Shown here piece after piece: positions 6,848-15,067 of a DNA stretch of 16,747 nt. Location of the stretch: NCBI GenBank assembly GCA_038207085.1, contig JBBRAE010000048.1:1-16747 (forward strand), in the 5' to 3' direction. Source of the DNA: Armatimonadota bacterium (GTDB lineage Bacteria; Armatimonadota; UBA5829; DTLH01). A model generated the notes under the pieces. It saw only the letters and a program-made list of their open reading frames with translations, made no database searches and was not told the DNA's origin. Each line of letters begins with the position of its first letter. The first letter of the stretch is position 1. The position numbers were made by a program, and so were the translations under genes.

Positions 6848-9800
6848 ATGACAGTAAGTAGATTTCTCACTATCACCGCTCTCGCCTGCGCACTCGCGGC
6901 ACCTGTGAGCACAGGATGCTGGGCAGGGTGGGGTACCCCACTCCCCGAGGGCATGATCCCGGCGTTCGCCGTTCCGAAGATGACGACGGCACCCAAGATC
7001 GATGGCACGATCGATGCCGGCGAATGGCGCGAGGCTACCGCCGTCAGTGGAGTCGGCGGTGGTGTGGGTGCGGACGCCAATGTCCTGTACGTCCGACCGA
7101 CAACTTTCTGGCTCGGTTGGGATGCCGACCACATCTACATGGCGATGCGTATTTGGGTCAAGCCGGGCTACAAACCGTGCACAGTGGGTCGTTCCCCTCA
7201 CAGTGCGATCGTATACGAGGATTGCGGCGAGTTTCACTTCCAGCCAATGGGCAAGAATGTGATGCTCGGTCGTACCAGTAGCTCATATAAGTTCCTCATC
7301 AATACGCTGGGAATCGACGGCGACCTTATGCGCGTCGCGGTGGGACAGCAGTTCAAGAACTGGATGCCCTCCTTCAAGACGGCTTCGCGAATCACCCCCG
7401 AAGGTTCTGCGCCAAAAGGCGGCAGTTGGATTGAAGTAGAATGGTCCGCCACTTGGCAAGACTTCGAGCTTACCGGCCCGAACCAGGCCGGAGACCAGTG
7501 GAAATTCATGCTGGGCTGGAACCATATGTACGATGCCTGGTCACAGGCCCGAATTCCCGCCACGACCAGCTACTTTGACCCAGGCGGCTACCCTGTGGGC
7601 ACTCTTGTTGAGAACACACCCGCCATCCAGGAAATCATGGAAGACATTCCTGGCCCCGGTGATGGCGTTGCGGCAGTCAAGCTGCAAGCCTACAACCCGA
7701 CCAGCCAGCCGGTGAAGCTAAGCGTTGTGGCTCAGTATGCCGATGCTACGGGCGACTTGGTCAAAAAGGAGATCACGCTCGACGTTCCCGCAGGCAAGAC
7801 CGAGCAGTTCGTCGTAAACGAAAAGTTCCCCCGCACGCCCGAGAAGGGAGTCGGCACAATCTATTACCACGTCAACCAGGGCAGCAAAACGCTCTTCAAC
7901 TACTATATCAATTTCACGACCTACTACCAGAAGATGGTTCTCGAACCTGCACCAAAGGCCGTAGAGGTATTTCCTCTCACAGGCACATTCAACCCAGTGA
8001 GATCGAATTTCCAGTTGGTTGCGGACGCCTATTATCTGGACAAACCGGACTCGATCAAGTCGGTCACCTATGATATCACGAGGAACGGCGACACGGCCCC
8101 GGTAGTCAAGGGGACGATCGACAAGCCTATCACCCACTTCTATCGCAGACTCATCAATATGCCCCCGCTTCAGGCCGGCAAGCACACCGTCAGGGTGACG
8201 ATGGTCACGAAGGACGGCGGTAAGCTCGGACCCGTGACTACGACGTTTGACAAGCAGAACGAGGCCAAGGCGTTCCCCGAATGGTGGAATACCAAGATCG
8301 GGAGTTCCGAGCGGGTCATCTGGCCTTTTACTCCCATCAAGCGAAGCGGCAATTCAGTGTCGGTCATTGGTCGCACCTACAAGCTGAACGCCCTCGGACT
8401 GCCCATCGAAGTGATATCCCAGGGTAAGCCGGTTAGTGCCGCGCCAGCGAGGATCGTCGTCACAGTCAACGGCAAGGAGCAGATCGTTCCTATGACCTCC
8501 GCGCCTACATTCACCCTGCAGAAAGACTGGAAAGTGCTGTTCAAAGGCACTGCCAAAGGCGCAGGCCTTGTGTTCACCGCGAAGGGTTCTGTGGAGCAGG
8601 ACGGGCTTGCGCTGGTCGATCTGACCTACGGGCCGGCCGGCAAGACACCGGTCACAGTGGACGCACTGCGGATCGAATTCCCACTCTCTGACAAGGAGGC
8701 CGAGTGCTTCCTCTGCCAGGGCCCCGGCGGCAACTACGCGGCACGGACGACTATTCTTACACCACAGGGCAAGGACGGAGTGCTTTGGACGACTCTGGAC
8801 ACCGGCAAGAACGGCTCGGGGATGACTGTCGGCTCCTTCTACCCCGAAGTCTGGCTCGGCAACGAAGCCCGCGGCTTCATGTGGTACGCCGACAACGACA
8901 AGGGCTGGGCGCCTGACGACGCGATACCCGCCCATGAGCTGATCCGCACCAACAAAATGCTCGTTCTTCGCAACAACATCATCGGCAAGCCGTTCACCGT
9001 GAACGCGCCGAGAACCATCGAACTGACCTACATGGCATCGCCGTTCAAGCCGCTTCCCAAGGGCTGGAGGCGGGCCATTGCCTCCAGCGACGGAACGTTC
9101 GAGGGGATGAACAAGAACCGCAAGGACCCGAAGACCGGCGAAGAAATCAACGGCTGGTGCTGGCTGAGCCCACCGTCGCGTGATCCCGCCGAATGGAGCA
9201 CGCTTTGGGCCGACTACAAAGTGATCGCGGACAAGAAGGTCCACGATATTCAGTGGTATGATCCCTGGAACTCGCGCAACAACTACGGCGGCACGGTTCA
9301 CACCTCTCTGCCGTTGATAGGATATGGTTCCAAGACCCCTGACGAGCGAATCAACAGCTACTTCGACGCCGAGTGGTCGGGTGATCCGTGGAACAAGGTC
9401 CAGCAGGACTACTTCCTGTGGCTGACTGACCGCGCATTCGGCGAAGGTGGTCTGCGCACGATCTATTGGGACATCTTCTTCATCGCTCCGTTCACAAACA
9501 CGCAGCAGGGAATCGCTTATGAGCTTTCCGATGGAAGGATTCAGCCCGGGTTCAATGCTCTCAACATCCGCCGGTTTATGATGCGGATGTATGGGCTGAT
9601 GGGCGACCACAAGCTGACTCCCGGCTCTCAGGTCTCCCATGCCACCAACTGCTACAATCTGGTTGCCAGCCCATGGATGGACGCCATCCTAGACGGCGAA
9701 TATCATTCCATCACCGACGAATCCGGCATGGACTGGGTCGATGGCTACCCTATCGAGAGAATGAGGACGATGTCCTGCTCCGAAAACTGGGGAACGCAGA

Positions 9801-10285
9801 TCAGTTGGATGACACTGATGTCATTCAAGGACCCCAAGCTCTCGGCGCATGCCCTCCGTGGACTCACGGAGTGGCCAAGGATGTTCGACACCTGGGGCGG
9901 AATGTCAACGTCTATGAACATGCCGCAGTCAGTTCTTGACTGGGGGATGAACGAGCCGGGCGCGAAGTACATCCCGTTCTGGCGGAACCCCTATGTGACA
10001 TCGAACGACAAGGACGTCCTGGTTTCGATGTGGCAGCTTCCTGACCGGGTTATGCTTGAGGTCTTCAACTACAATCGCAAAGACTACAAGGACGCCGAGT
10101 TGAAGGTGGATCTGAGCAAGCTGAACCTACTGCCACAGCTGAAATGGCAAGAGTTCGTGGGAGTTCGCGATCTCGAAAAGGGCAAAGATGAGCCTTCTTC
10201 GAGCTTCGACTTCTACAATCAGACACTCATGGTTTCCAAGCTCGAACCGCATACGGGTCGGCTCATCGGCATCCGCCGCTACTAG
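6848..10285 (+). CDS. Secreted multi-domain putative glycoside hydrolase: N-terminal CBM9-like domain plus DUF6067-like catalytic region
   Basis: 1145-aa ORF, purine-rich RBS GGAAAGGGA at 6833-6841, signal peptide MTVSRFLTITALACALAAPVSTGCWA. VPKMTTAPKIDGTIDAGEW...WLGWDADHIYMAMR is CBM9-like. VWLGNEARGFMWYADNDKGW, ASPFKPLPKGWR, IYWDIFF, SHATN and ILDGE resemble large uncharacterised glycosidase-like proteins (from memory). The ORF is certain; the function is tentative. Confidence 0.8.
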   Translation: MTVSRFLTITALACALAAPVSTGCWAGWGTPLPEGMIPAFAVPKMTTAPKIDGTIDAGEWREATAVSGVGGGVGADANVLYVRPTTFWLGWDADHIYMAMRIWVKPGYKPCTVGRSPHSAIVYEDCGEFHFQPMGKNVMLGRTSSSYKFLINTLGIDGDLMRVAVGQQFKNWMPSFKTASRITPEGSAPKGGSWIEVEWSATWQDFELTGPNQAGDQWKFMLGWNHMYDAWSQARIPATTSYFDPGGYPVGTLVENTPAIQEIMEDIPGPGDGVAAVKLQAYNPTSQPVKLSVVAQYADATGDLVKKEITLDVPAGKTEQFVVNEKFPRTPEKGVGTIYYHVNQGSKTLFNYYINFTTYYQKMVLEPAPKAVEVFPLTGTFNPVRSNFQLVADAYYLDKPDSIKSVTYDITRNGDTAPVVKGTIDKPITHFYRRLINMPPLQAGKHTVRVTMVTKDGGKLGPVTTTFDKQNEAKAFPEWWNTKIGSSERVIWPFTPIKRSGNSVSVIGRTYKLNALGLPIEVISQGKPVSAAPARIVVTVNGKEQIVPMTSAPTFTLQKDWKVLFKGTAKGAGLVFTAKGSVEQDGLALVDLTYGPAGKTPVTVDALRIEFPLSDKEAECFLCQGPGGNYAARTTILTPQGKDGVLWTTLDTGKNGSGMTVGSFYPEVWLGNEARGFMWYADNDKGWAPDDAIPAHELIRTNKMLVLRNNIIGKPFTVNAPRTIELTYMASPFKPLPKGWRRAIASSDGTFEGMNKNRKDPKTGEEINGWCWLSPPSRDPAEWSTLWADYKVIADKKVHDIQWYDPWNSRNNYGGTVHTSLPLIGYGSKTPDERINSYFDAEWSGDPWNKVQQDYFLWLTDRAFGEGGLRTIYWDIFFIAPFTNTQQGIAYELSDGRIQPGFNALNIRRFMMRMYGLMGDHKLTPGSQVSHATNCYNLVASPWMDAILDGEYHSITDESGMDWVDGYPIERMRTMSCSENWGTQISWMTLMSFKDPKLSAHALRGLTEWPRMFDTWGGMSTSMNMPQSVLDWGMNEPGAKYIPFWRNPYVTSNDKDVLVSMWQLPDRVMLEVFNYNRKDYKDAELKVDLSKLNLLPQLKWQEFVGVRDLEKGKDEPSSSFDFYNQTLMVSKLEPHTGRLIGIRRY

Positions 10286-10362
10286 CCCGCTTTATTCGTG
10301 AAGCGAATAAAGCTCTCGCTGGCAAAGCATTATTCACGCTACTCGTGAATAATGCAGGCTAG
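10282..10362. mobile_element. Miniature inverted-repeat element or REP doublet: 73 bp between two CTAG tetramers
   Basis: CTAG (10282-10285, containing the gene's TAG) and CTAG (10359-10362). Imperfect terminal IRs CCCGCTTTATTC versus CCTGCATTATTC (10/12). Two internal hairpins: 10-bp stem (10289-10313) and 12-bp stem GCATTATTCACG / CGTGAATAATGC (10327-10355). Confidence 0.7.
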
Positions 10363-10371
10363 GATACGATA

Positions 10372-10407
10372 ACGGGCAGGCGTCTCTTTCGAGGGAAGCC
10401 TGCCCGT
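10372..10407 (+). terminator. GC-rich hairpin, likely the original 3' hairpin of the 1145-aa gene
   Basis: 10-bp stem ACGGGCAGGC / GCCTGCCCGT with an inner stem closing a TTCG loop; no clear U-tract. Confidence 0.55.
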
Positions 10408-10459
10408 GGCTTCCACGTCCACTCCTCCACTTCGTCATACGGTTACGTCGGCCATCTCC

Positions 10460-10863
10460 GACGGGCCGGGGTCTGAGTCCGTGGCAGGGCATTAAATGGA
10501 GCAAGCAGGAACCTGGGAGACCCAGAGTGTTCTTCACTGGAGGTAGTAACCAACGACGTGAAGAGCGGAGAAGGGAACGATGGAACGCTGGGAGTCGGAC
10601 TGACTCATAGTAGAGGTGTAGCCGGGGCAATGCTTGGTGACACAGATGGACGTGTAATCGAAGGGGTCAGCGATCAGTTGCAGACGGAGAGGGAAACATC
10701 CGGCGTCCTCCGAGACGCATCGTGGGTGGAAACGCGACTATCCGTCATATCTGAGATGGCTCGCACGAACTCGGGATGCAGGTTCAGCAATGTGGCGTAT
10801 CTGCTGAGCGAGGACTATTTGGCGAGGTGCTTTTGGGAGCTTGAGAAAGGAGCGGCTCCGGGC
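10460..10863 (+). mobile_element. Decayed group II intron: end of domain I, domains II-III and start of domain IV only
   Basis: Ribozyme-type motifs GCCGGGGTCTGAG, GGAACCTGGGA (10508-10518, also present in the intact intron at 13973-13963), GGGAGTCGGACTGACTCATAGTAG...GAAGGGGTCAG, followed by an RT N-terminus. No GTGCG 5' end and no domain V/VI seen. Left boundary approximate. Confidence 0.8.
10726..10863 (+). pseudogene. ltrA: N-terminal 46 codons of a group II intron RT (RT0 region)
   Basis: GTG 10726: (M)ETRLSVISEMARTNSGCRFSNVAYLLSEDYLARCFWELEKGAAPG matches the typical METKLxxIxxxAR...F..L.HLL....L..CF..L...AAPG(VDG) start; similarity ends at APG. Confidence 0.85.
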
Positions 10864-11094
10864 AACCTGGACGGCGATTTCCTCGCCGAGCAGGACGTAG
10901 CCGATGCCCTGCGTGAACTCGACCCTCTATGGGATGAGCTGTTTCCTGTGGAGCAGCACAGGGTGTTCAGGGCTCTGGTCGAACGGATCGTAGTTTCCAG
11001 CGCCGGTCTCGACATCCGCCTGCGGGCAGACGGCATACATTCGATAGTCGCCGAGGTGAAAGGCAAAGACACAGAAAGGACTATAGCTGCATGA
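10864..11094 (+). pseudogene. C-terminal fragment of a large serine recombinase (recombinase family protein)
   Basis: EQDVADALRELDPLWDELFPVEQHRVFRALVERIVVSSAGLDIRLRADGIHSIVAEV matches the characteristic LDPLWDELFPxEQxRxxxxLVERxxVxxxGLxxxLRxxG tail of integrative-element recombinases; the catalytic N-terminus is absent. Confidence 0.85.
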
Positions 11095-11489
11095 ACATGG
11101 AAATGACAGATACCGATGGCACCATCAGGGTGCTTGTTCCGATGGCGATAAAGCGGCGATCCGGCAGATAAGAGATAGTGATGCCCGACGGCGTACACAG
11201 CCCCACTGGCAACCGTCCGGATTACCACGAGGCGTTTGTCGTCGCGATATCCCGCGCACATCGCTTCAAGAAGATGCTTGACGTGGGTAAATACGGATCA
11301 GTGGCGGAGATGGCGGGCGCTCTTAAGATAAGTCGGTATCAGATGGTGCGTATGCTCAGACTGACGCTGCTTGCCCCGGACATCACAGAATCGATACTCA
11401 GTAGAAACGAGCCCGGAGGACTGTCGCTGAACTGCCTTGTTCAGGCGATACCCGAGCTTTGGACGGAACAGATGAGGGTTATGGAATGA
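11091..11489 (+). pseudogene. Recombinase-associated HTH-like protein with a premature stop
   Basis: ATG 11091 overlaps the upstream TGA (ATGA coupling). MNMEMTDTDGTIRVLVPMAIKRRSGR*EIVMP has TAA at 11169-11171 where RRxGRK is expected, then continues in frame AISRAHRFKKMLDVGKYGSVAEMA...RMLRLTLLAPDITESIL...PELWTEQ, typical of the gene that follows these recombinases. Confidence 0.8.
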
Positions 11490-11706
11490 GCCTTTCTGAT
11501 GCTGGAACCTGAGCCTGCAGGCAGTGCCATTTCCGGGCACCAACAATACTGATGCAGAAGTCTAGTCGAACAGGGACATGGTAGCGTACAATAAACGCTC
11601 TGTCTACTGCTGCCGATCGGGACAGGTGGCCAGGTTCGTGTCAATGATGACGAAACCAAGTCTCAATGTTCTGTGCCACCCGCGATGACCCCAAAATCAC
11701 GAGGTC

Positions 11707-11803
11707 GAACCCCACCTCGACCACAAGATTCAGAGAAAACCGTCCAGAAAGAGAGAAAATGTCGGAAAATCTGGTCTTGGAACCCAAACCTCGACCACAA
11801 GAT
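11707..11803 (+). repeat. Direct repeat pair
   Basis: ACCTCGACCACAAGAT is exact at 11714-11729 and 11788-11803 (74-bp period), each preceded by GAACCC. Confidence 0.8.
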
Positions 11804-11915
11804 GATCTGCCGTGAAGATGCCTCAAAAGTCGAGTTCCCTCTCGCAAAAATGCAAAAACCCCGCCGGAAGCCCGACAGTGTCAATTCGCATAGAGAACAG
11901 TTTTTCTTTAATCAA

Positions 11916-11944
11916 TGGTCGGGCAAGAGTCAGGAATACGAACC
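11916..11944 (-). other. Degenerate tRNA 3'-end-like sequence, possible att remnant
   Basis: Minus strand GGTTCGTATTCCTGACTCTTGCCCGACCA resembles a T-loop plus the ...CCCGACCA end of tRNA-Pro, with about 4 extra nt; upstream sequence does not form a cloverleaf. Confidence 0.4.
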
Positions 11945-12143
11945 GCTCTATGAATTGTTGGTGACATCGAACGGAACATTGCAACACATTTATCCGGCTC
12001 GTTCGCTGGTCGATATAGGTCGTGAGTTCTTTACTCGATCAGGACTCACAGCAGTCTGGATCACGAGCCACCGGACTTCGATACGTTGGCAACAAAACAG
12101 CAACTTTTGCCCGATGATGAGATTGAGTCTGAGCCAATCCTTG

Positions 12144-12239
12144 ATGAAGTGGGGTGTGCGGCGCCTTTCCGCCTTTCGACGGCAGGTTTCCGCACCCCTC
12201 TTCCCGAACCGGACGTATACCTTTCGATATATCCGGCTC
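12144..12239 (-). ncRNA. Group II intron catalytic domain V and branch domain VI
   Basis: Domain V (12239-12206, 34 nt): GAGCCGGATATATC-GAAA-GGTAT-AC-GTCCGGTTC with AGC triad, GNRA loop and AC bulge. Domain VI: GAAGAGGGGTGCGG...CCGCACACCCC-A-CTTC-AT with an A 7 nt from the end (12150). Confidence 0.95.
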
Positions 12240-12272
12240 TCCAGCGTGAACGAGTGCCGTCCACGGTCGTTA

Positions 12273-13817
12273 TCAGAGATGCTCCCCGAGCATGGCAAAG
12301 CCCGATATCGATCTGGCGGCTTCAAGGTAGAACTTGACACCGTCGATTCCATCGTTCCAGCCGTTCGATATCCTGGTTCCTCTACATCTATAGCGCTTTG
12401 TGCCGCCTTGCACGAAGAACCGCAGCCGCTTCTTTTCTCCACCCCAAGTCCACCGTCCGGCACTCTCCCGCTTGGCGTATTTGAGGCGGATATAATGGGC
12501 GGTGCGGTTATTGTGCTTCTTCCTTGCCCACTTTTGAACGCGTCGCCAGGTAAAGTCGTCGAGAGCGTTGAACGCGTCATATGCTCTGGTCGCATACCTG
12601 TAGTAGTTCCGCCATCCCGTAATGAGCGAGTTGAGGCTGCCGAGAAGGTTGTCCATCGTCTGCCAAATCGTATTGTGTCTGGTCTTTTGCTTGATTCGTG
12701 TCCGAATCAGTTGCAGCTTTTCCTTTGGAATAAGCTGCTTGCCTACCATACGACCTGAACGAAGGGACGGCTCTTTGATTATCCGATAGCCGAGGAAGTT
12801 GAATCCATCCTCGGGCCGGGTAATCAGGGTCTTCTCAAGAGATAGTTCCATGCCGAGCTCATCTCTCAGGAAGTCCGCGAGAGCGGCCTTCTCCTTGTCC
12901 GCGTCTTCCCTTGTGCCGATGACGAGGATGATAAAGTCATCCGCATACCTCACAAGGTAGAACACGGGTCGTCCTTGCCGTCTGTCCCAGTCGCAGCGCC
13001 ATGCTGCCTTGCTGGAGGACTGTTCGCCGGGATTGGGTATCCATCGCCGGTAACGCGCGTCTATCTGGCTCAGGTATATGTTACTCAGCAGCGGGGAAAT
13101 TATCCCACCCTGTGGAGTGCCTGTCACCGGATGCCGCAGGTTGCCTTCCGCCATGATTCCGGCCTTCAAGAATGCCAGGATGAGTCGCAGGACTTTCTTG
13201 TCCCCGATCCGTTCCCTGATGCATTCCATCAGCTTGTGGTGGTCGATGTTGTCGAAGCACGCGCTTATGTCTCCTTCAATCACCCAGTTGACCGGAGCTT
13301 TACCGGTCTGCCTGCGATTTATCTGGGTGATTATCATCGAGATGGCATCGTGCGTGCTTCTACCCCGTCGAAACCCATAGGAGGTCGGATAGAAGTCCGT
13401 CTCGAATATGGGCTCCAGGACGATCTTCAGCGCCATTTGTACGAGTCGATCCTTAAGCGTTGGGATTCCAAGCGGGCGGAATTTGCCCGGTTTGCCCGGC
13501 TTCGGGATGAGCCTCTGCCGGACAGGTTGCGGGCGATATGCTCCGTTTCGCAGTTCCTCTCGAATCTCTTCAAGAAACCCTGCGACCCCACTTGCACGCT
13601 TCAGGATCGTGTGCCGGGTCACGCCGTCTATGCCCGCAGTGCGGCTGCCGGAGTTCCGGCTGAGCCTCTCCCAGGCGAGACTGAGCGTTCTTCGGTCACA
13701 AACCAGATTGAACAGGTCGGAGTAGACCTTGCGGGGTTCATTCCGACTCCAACAATACAGCTTACGCTGCATGTCGAGGATTGCCCCGGTATTCACCAGG
13801 GTAGATATGTTTCTCAT
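12273..13817 (-). CDS. ltrA: Group II intron reverse transcriptase/maturase, 514 aa, without a C-terminal HNH endonuclease
   Basis: RT0 GSRTAGIDG, RT1-2 IPKPGKPGKFRPLGIPTLKDRLVQ, SYGFRRGRSTHDA, RT3 EGDISACFDNIDH, RT4 GTPQGGIISPLLSNIYL, RT5 RYADDF, RT7 FNFLGY, domain X GWRNYY. Start placed at ATG 13817 because AGGAGG lies at 13828-13823; the track start 13862 falls in ribozyme sequence. Confidence 0.95.
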   Translation of the reverse strand: MRNISTLVNTGAILDMQRKLYCWSRNEPRKVYSDLFNLVCDRRTLSLAWERLSRNSGSRTAGIDGVTRHTILKRASGVAGFLEEIREELRNGAYRPQPVRQRLIPKPGKPGKFRPLGIPTLKDRLVQMALKIVLEPIFETDFYPTSYGFRRGRSTHDAISMIITQINRRQTGKAPVNWVIEGDISACFDNIDHHKLMECIRERIGDKKVLRLILAFLKAGIMAEGNLRHPVTGTPQGGIISPLLSNIYLSQIDARYRRWIPNPGEQSSSKAAWRCDWDRRQGRPVFYLVRYADDFIILVIGTREDADKEKAALADFLRDELGMELSLEKTLITRPEDGFNFLGYRIIKEPSLRSGRMVGKQLIPKEKLQLIRTRIKQKTRHNTIWQTMDNLLGSLNSLITGWRNYYRYATRAYDAFNALDDFTWRRVQKWARKKHNNRTAHYIRLKYAKRESAGRWTWGGEKKRLRFFVQGGTKRYRCRGTRISNGWNDGIDGVKFYLEAARSISGFAMLGEHL

Positions 13818-14081
13818 ATCTGCCTCCTGCTTGTATGCTGTATCCCTGCCTCCCTTGGCCATGTGGACGGCTCTCCCGTCCTCCGACTACTACGAAGGCT
13901 GTGCCCCCGCACGCAACGATCGCCGGTCGCCTCGGCCATCCCGAAGGAAGTCACGCGCGAGTTCCCAGGTTCCGACAGTTTCCCCTTCTTCTGCGTTAGG
14001 ACCCGACTCTACCCCGTGTGGATTCTGACACGCAGACAATGTAGATACACCTGCATGCTGACGAGATACTCTCCCGCCCCT

Positions 14082-14106
14082 GGTTTCCAGGCCCGCAGAG
14101 GAAACC
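14082..14106 (-). ncRNA. EBS1 stem-loop of the intron
   Basis: GGTTTCC-TCTGCGGGCCT-GGAAACC; loop GCGGGC (14096-14091) pairs with the last six 5'-exon bases GTCCGC (14429-14424) by five Watson-Crick pairs and one G-U. Confidence 0.8.
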
Positions 14107-14676
14107 TGCTCTCCACCAGCCTTGGGGGGCTGACTGTCCCACTTTCGCGTTGGACAAGTGGTGATTTCTAACGAGGCTTCAGACATCGGTTCGTATTCCT
14201 ATCCATAACAGTTTCGCTTGCCGTGCGGATCTGCGCTTGCGAAAGTAGCGCATCCCTCGGCGTTTATCGGTTCTGCGAATTTATGGCTCACCGGAGGCAC
14301 CCGGATCACCTCACCGATTGCTTATCCCCCCGTGCTACATCACGTTGGGTGCAGGGTCTCTCACCCTACAGGGTAACTGTCAGCTTGCAATATGCATTCC
14401 CTATGCATATCTGCCTGGCGCACGCGGACTTTATCACAACTATCGGGCAAAAGCTGCCTGACGTATTTCTGATCTATACCTTCCCACAATGCCGCCAGTC
14501 AGTCTGGCTGACGCATAGCCACGTCTATTTCTCCTGCCCGCCTCGCTTTACGGTGCGTAATGCCCCATCCTCAAGGTCAAATCGCCGTCGCGCAGATGCG
14601 TCTCGCCACCAAAACGCCCCGGAAATCGCTCAGTGATCGAACGCCACGGCCAGTATGGAGTTTTTGCAAGGTACAG

Positions 14677-15067
14677 CTAGCTCCAGAGTCTCTTGCGCCT
14701 GAGAATCGATGCCCAAAGAACGCCAAGGCTCAGCAGTGCGATGCTCGAAGGTTCCGGCACGGGTTCCCATTCCACTGCGTAGTAGTTCCCGTCCAGTCCC
14801 TTGGCACGTCCGACTATCCAACCACTGGAGTTGATGCCGAAGGCTTCCGTCACTGACCCGCCGAGACCGTCAAGCCAAGTCATTGTCCCATTCTGCCAGA
14901 CGAATGCCTGCTCATTATAAGGGTATATATGGGGAGCGGCAAATCCCACCACTTGACCCGAGTCGTTAATGTCCCAACCAAAGGTGTCCATGCCGTCAGC
15001 GGAGATATCGACAGCAATACCATTTGACCAAAGTGTCGCCTCTGCACAAGTAAGCATCGCACCTGAG
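14677..15067 (-). pseudogene. 3' part of a HAF-repeat PEP-CTERM protein gene, cut by the IS
   Basis: DINDSGQVVG...QAFVWQNGTMTWLDGLGGSVTEAFGINSSGWIVG (HAF-type extracellular repeats) then VPEPSSIALLSLGVLWASILRRKR. The frame is open up to the IS end at 15067/15068 and has no signal peptide. Confidence 0.9.

Larger units (their letters stand above)
12144..14423 (-). mobile_element. Complete group II intron (2280 nt)
   Basis: 5' end GTGCGCCAGGCA at 14423; EBS1-IBS1 pairing supports this boundary; RT ORF in domain IV; canonical domain V and VI; 3' end ...CCCCACTTCAT at 12144. Joining the flanks restores a palindrome. Confidence 0.95.

Noticed and set aside
10558..10725. N-terminal extension of the 178-aa track ORF
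   Set aside because: It is translation through intron domains II-III; RT similarity starts only at GTG 10726.
11707..11803. Direct repeat pair as a mini-CRISPR
   Set aside because: Only two copies, a 16-bp exact core and a 74-bp period, with no third unit or cas gene.
11673..12758. 361-aa plus-strand ORF and the overlapping 201-aa minus-strand ORF (11990-12595)
   Set aside because: They run across intron domains V-VI and the RT gene in other frames, with no protein motifs.
12273..13862. RT as a DGR, retron or defence-associated RT; longer start at 13862
   Set aside because: It has RT0, domain X and a full ribozyme with domains V-VI. No template/variable repeat pair or retron ncRNA was seen. 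The RBS supports ATG 13817.
11932..14200. Exact 14-bp inverted match AGGAATACGAACCG (11932-11945) versus intron domain I (14187-14200)
   Set aside because: A rough estimate (window length squared / 2 / 4^14) gives about 0.5 such matches by chance, and the left copy has another explanation as a tRNA-like end. A third intron fragment cannot be excluded.
12100..14457. Reconstructed palindrome as an integron attC site
   Set aside because: No paired RYYYAAC / GTTRRRY core sites at the arm ends on either strand, and no integron integrase or cassette array in the window.
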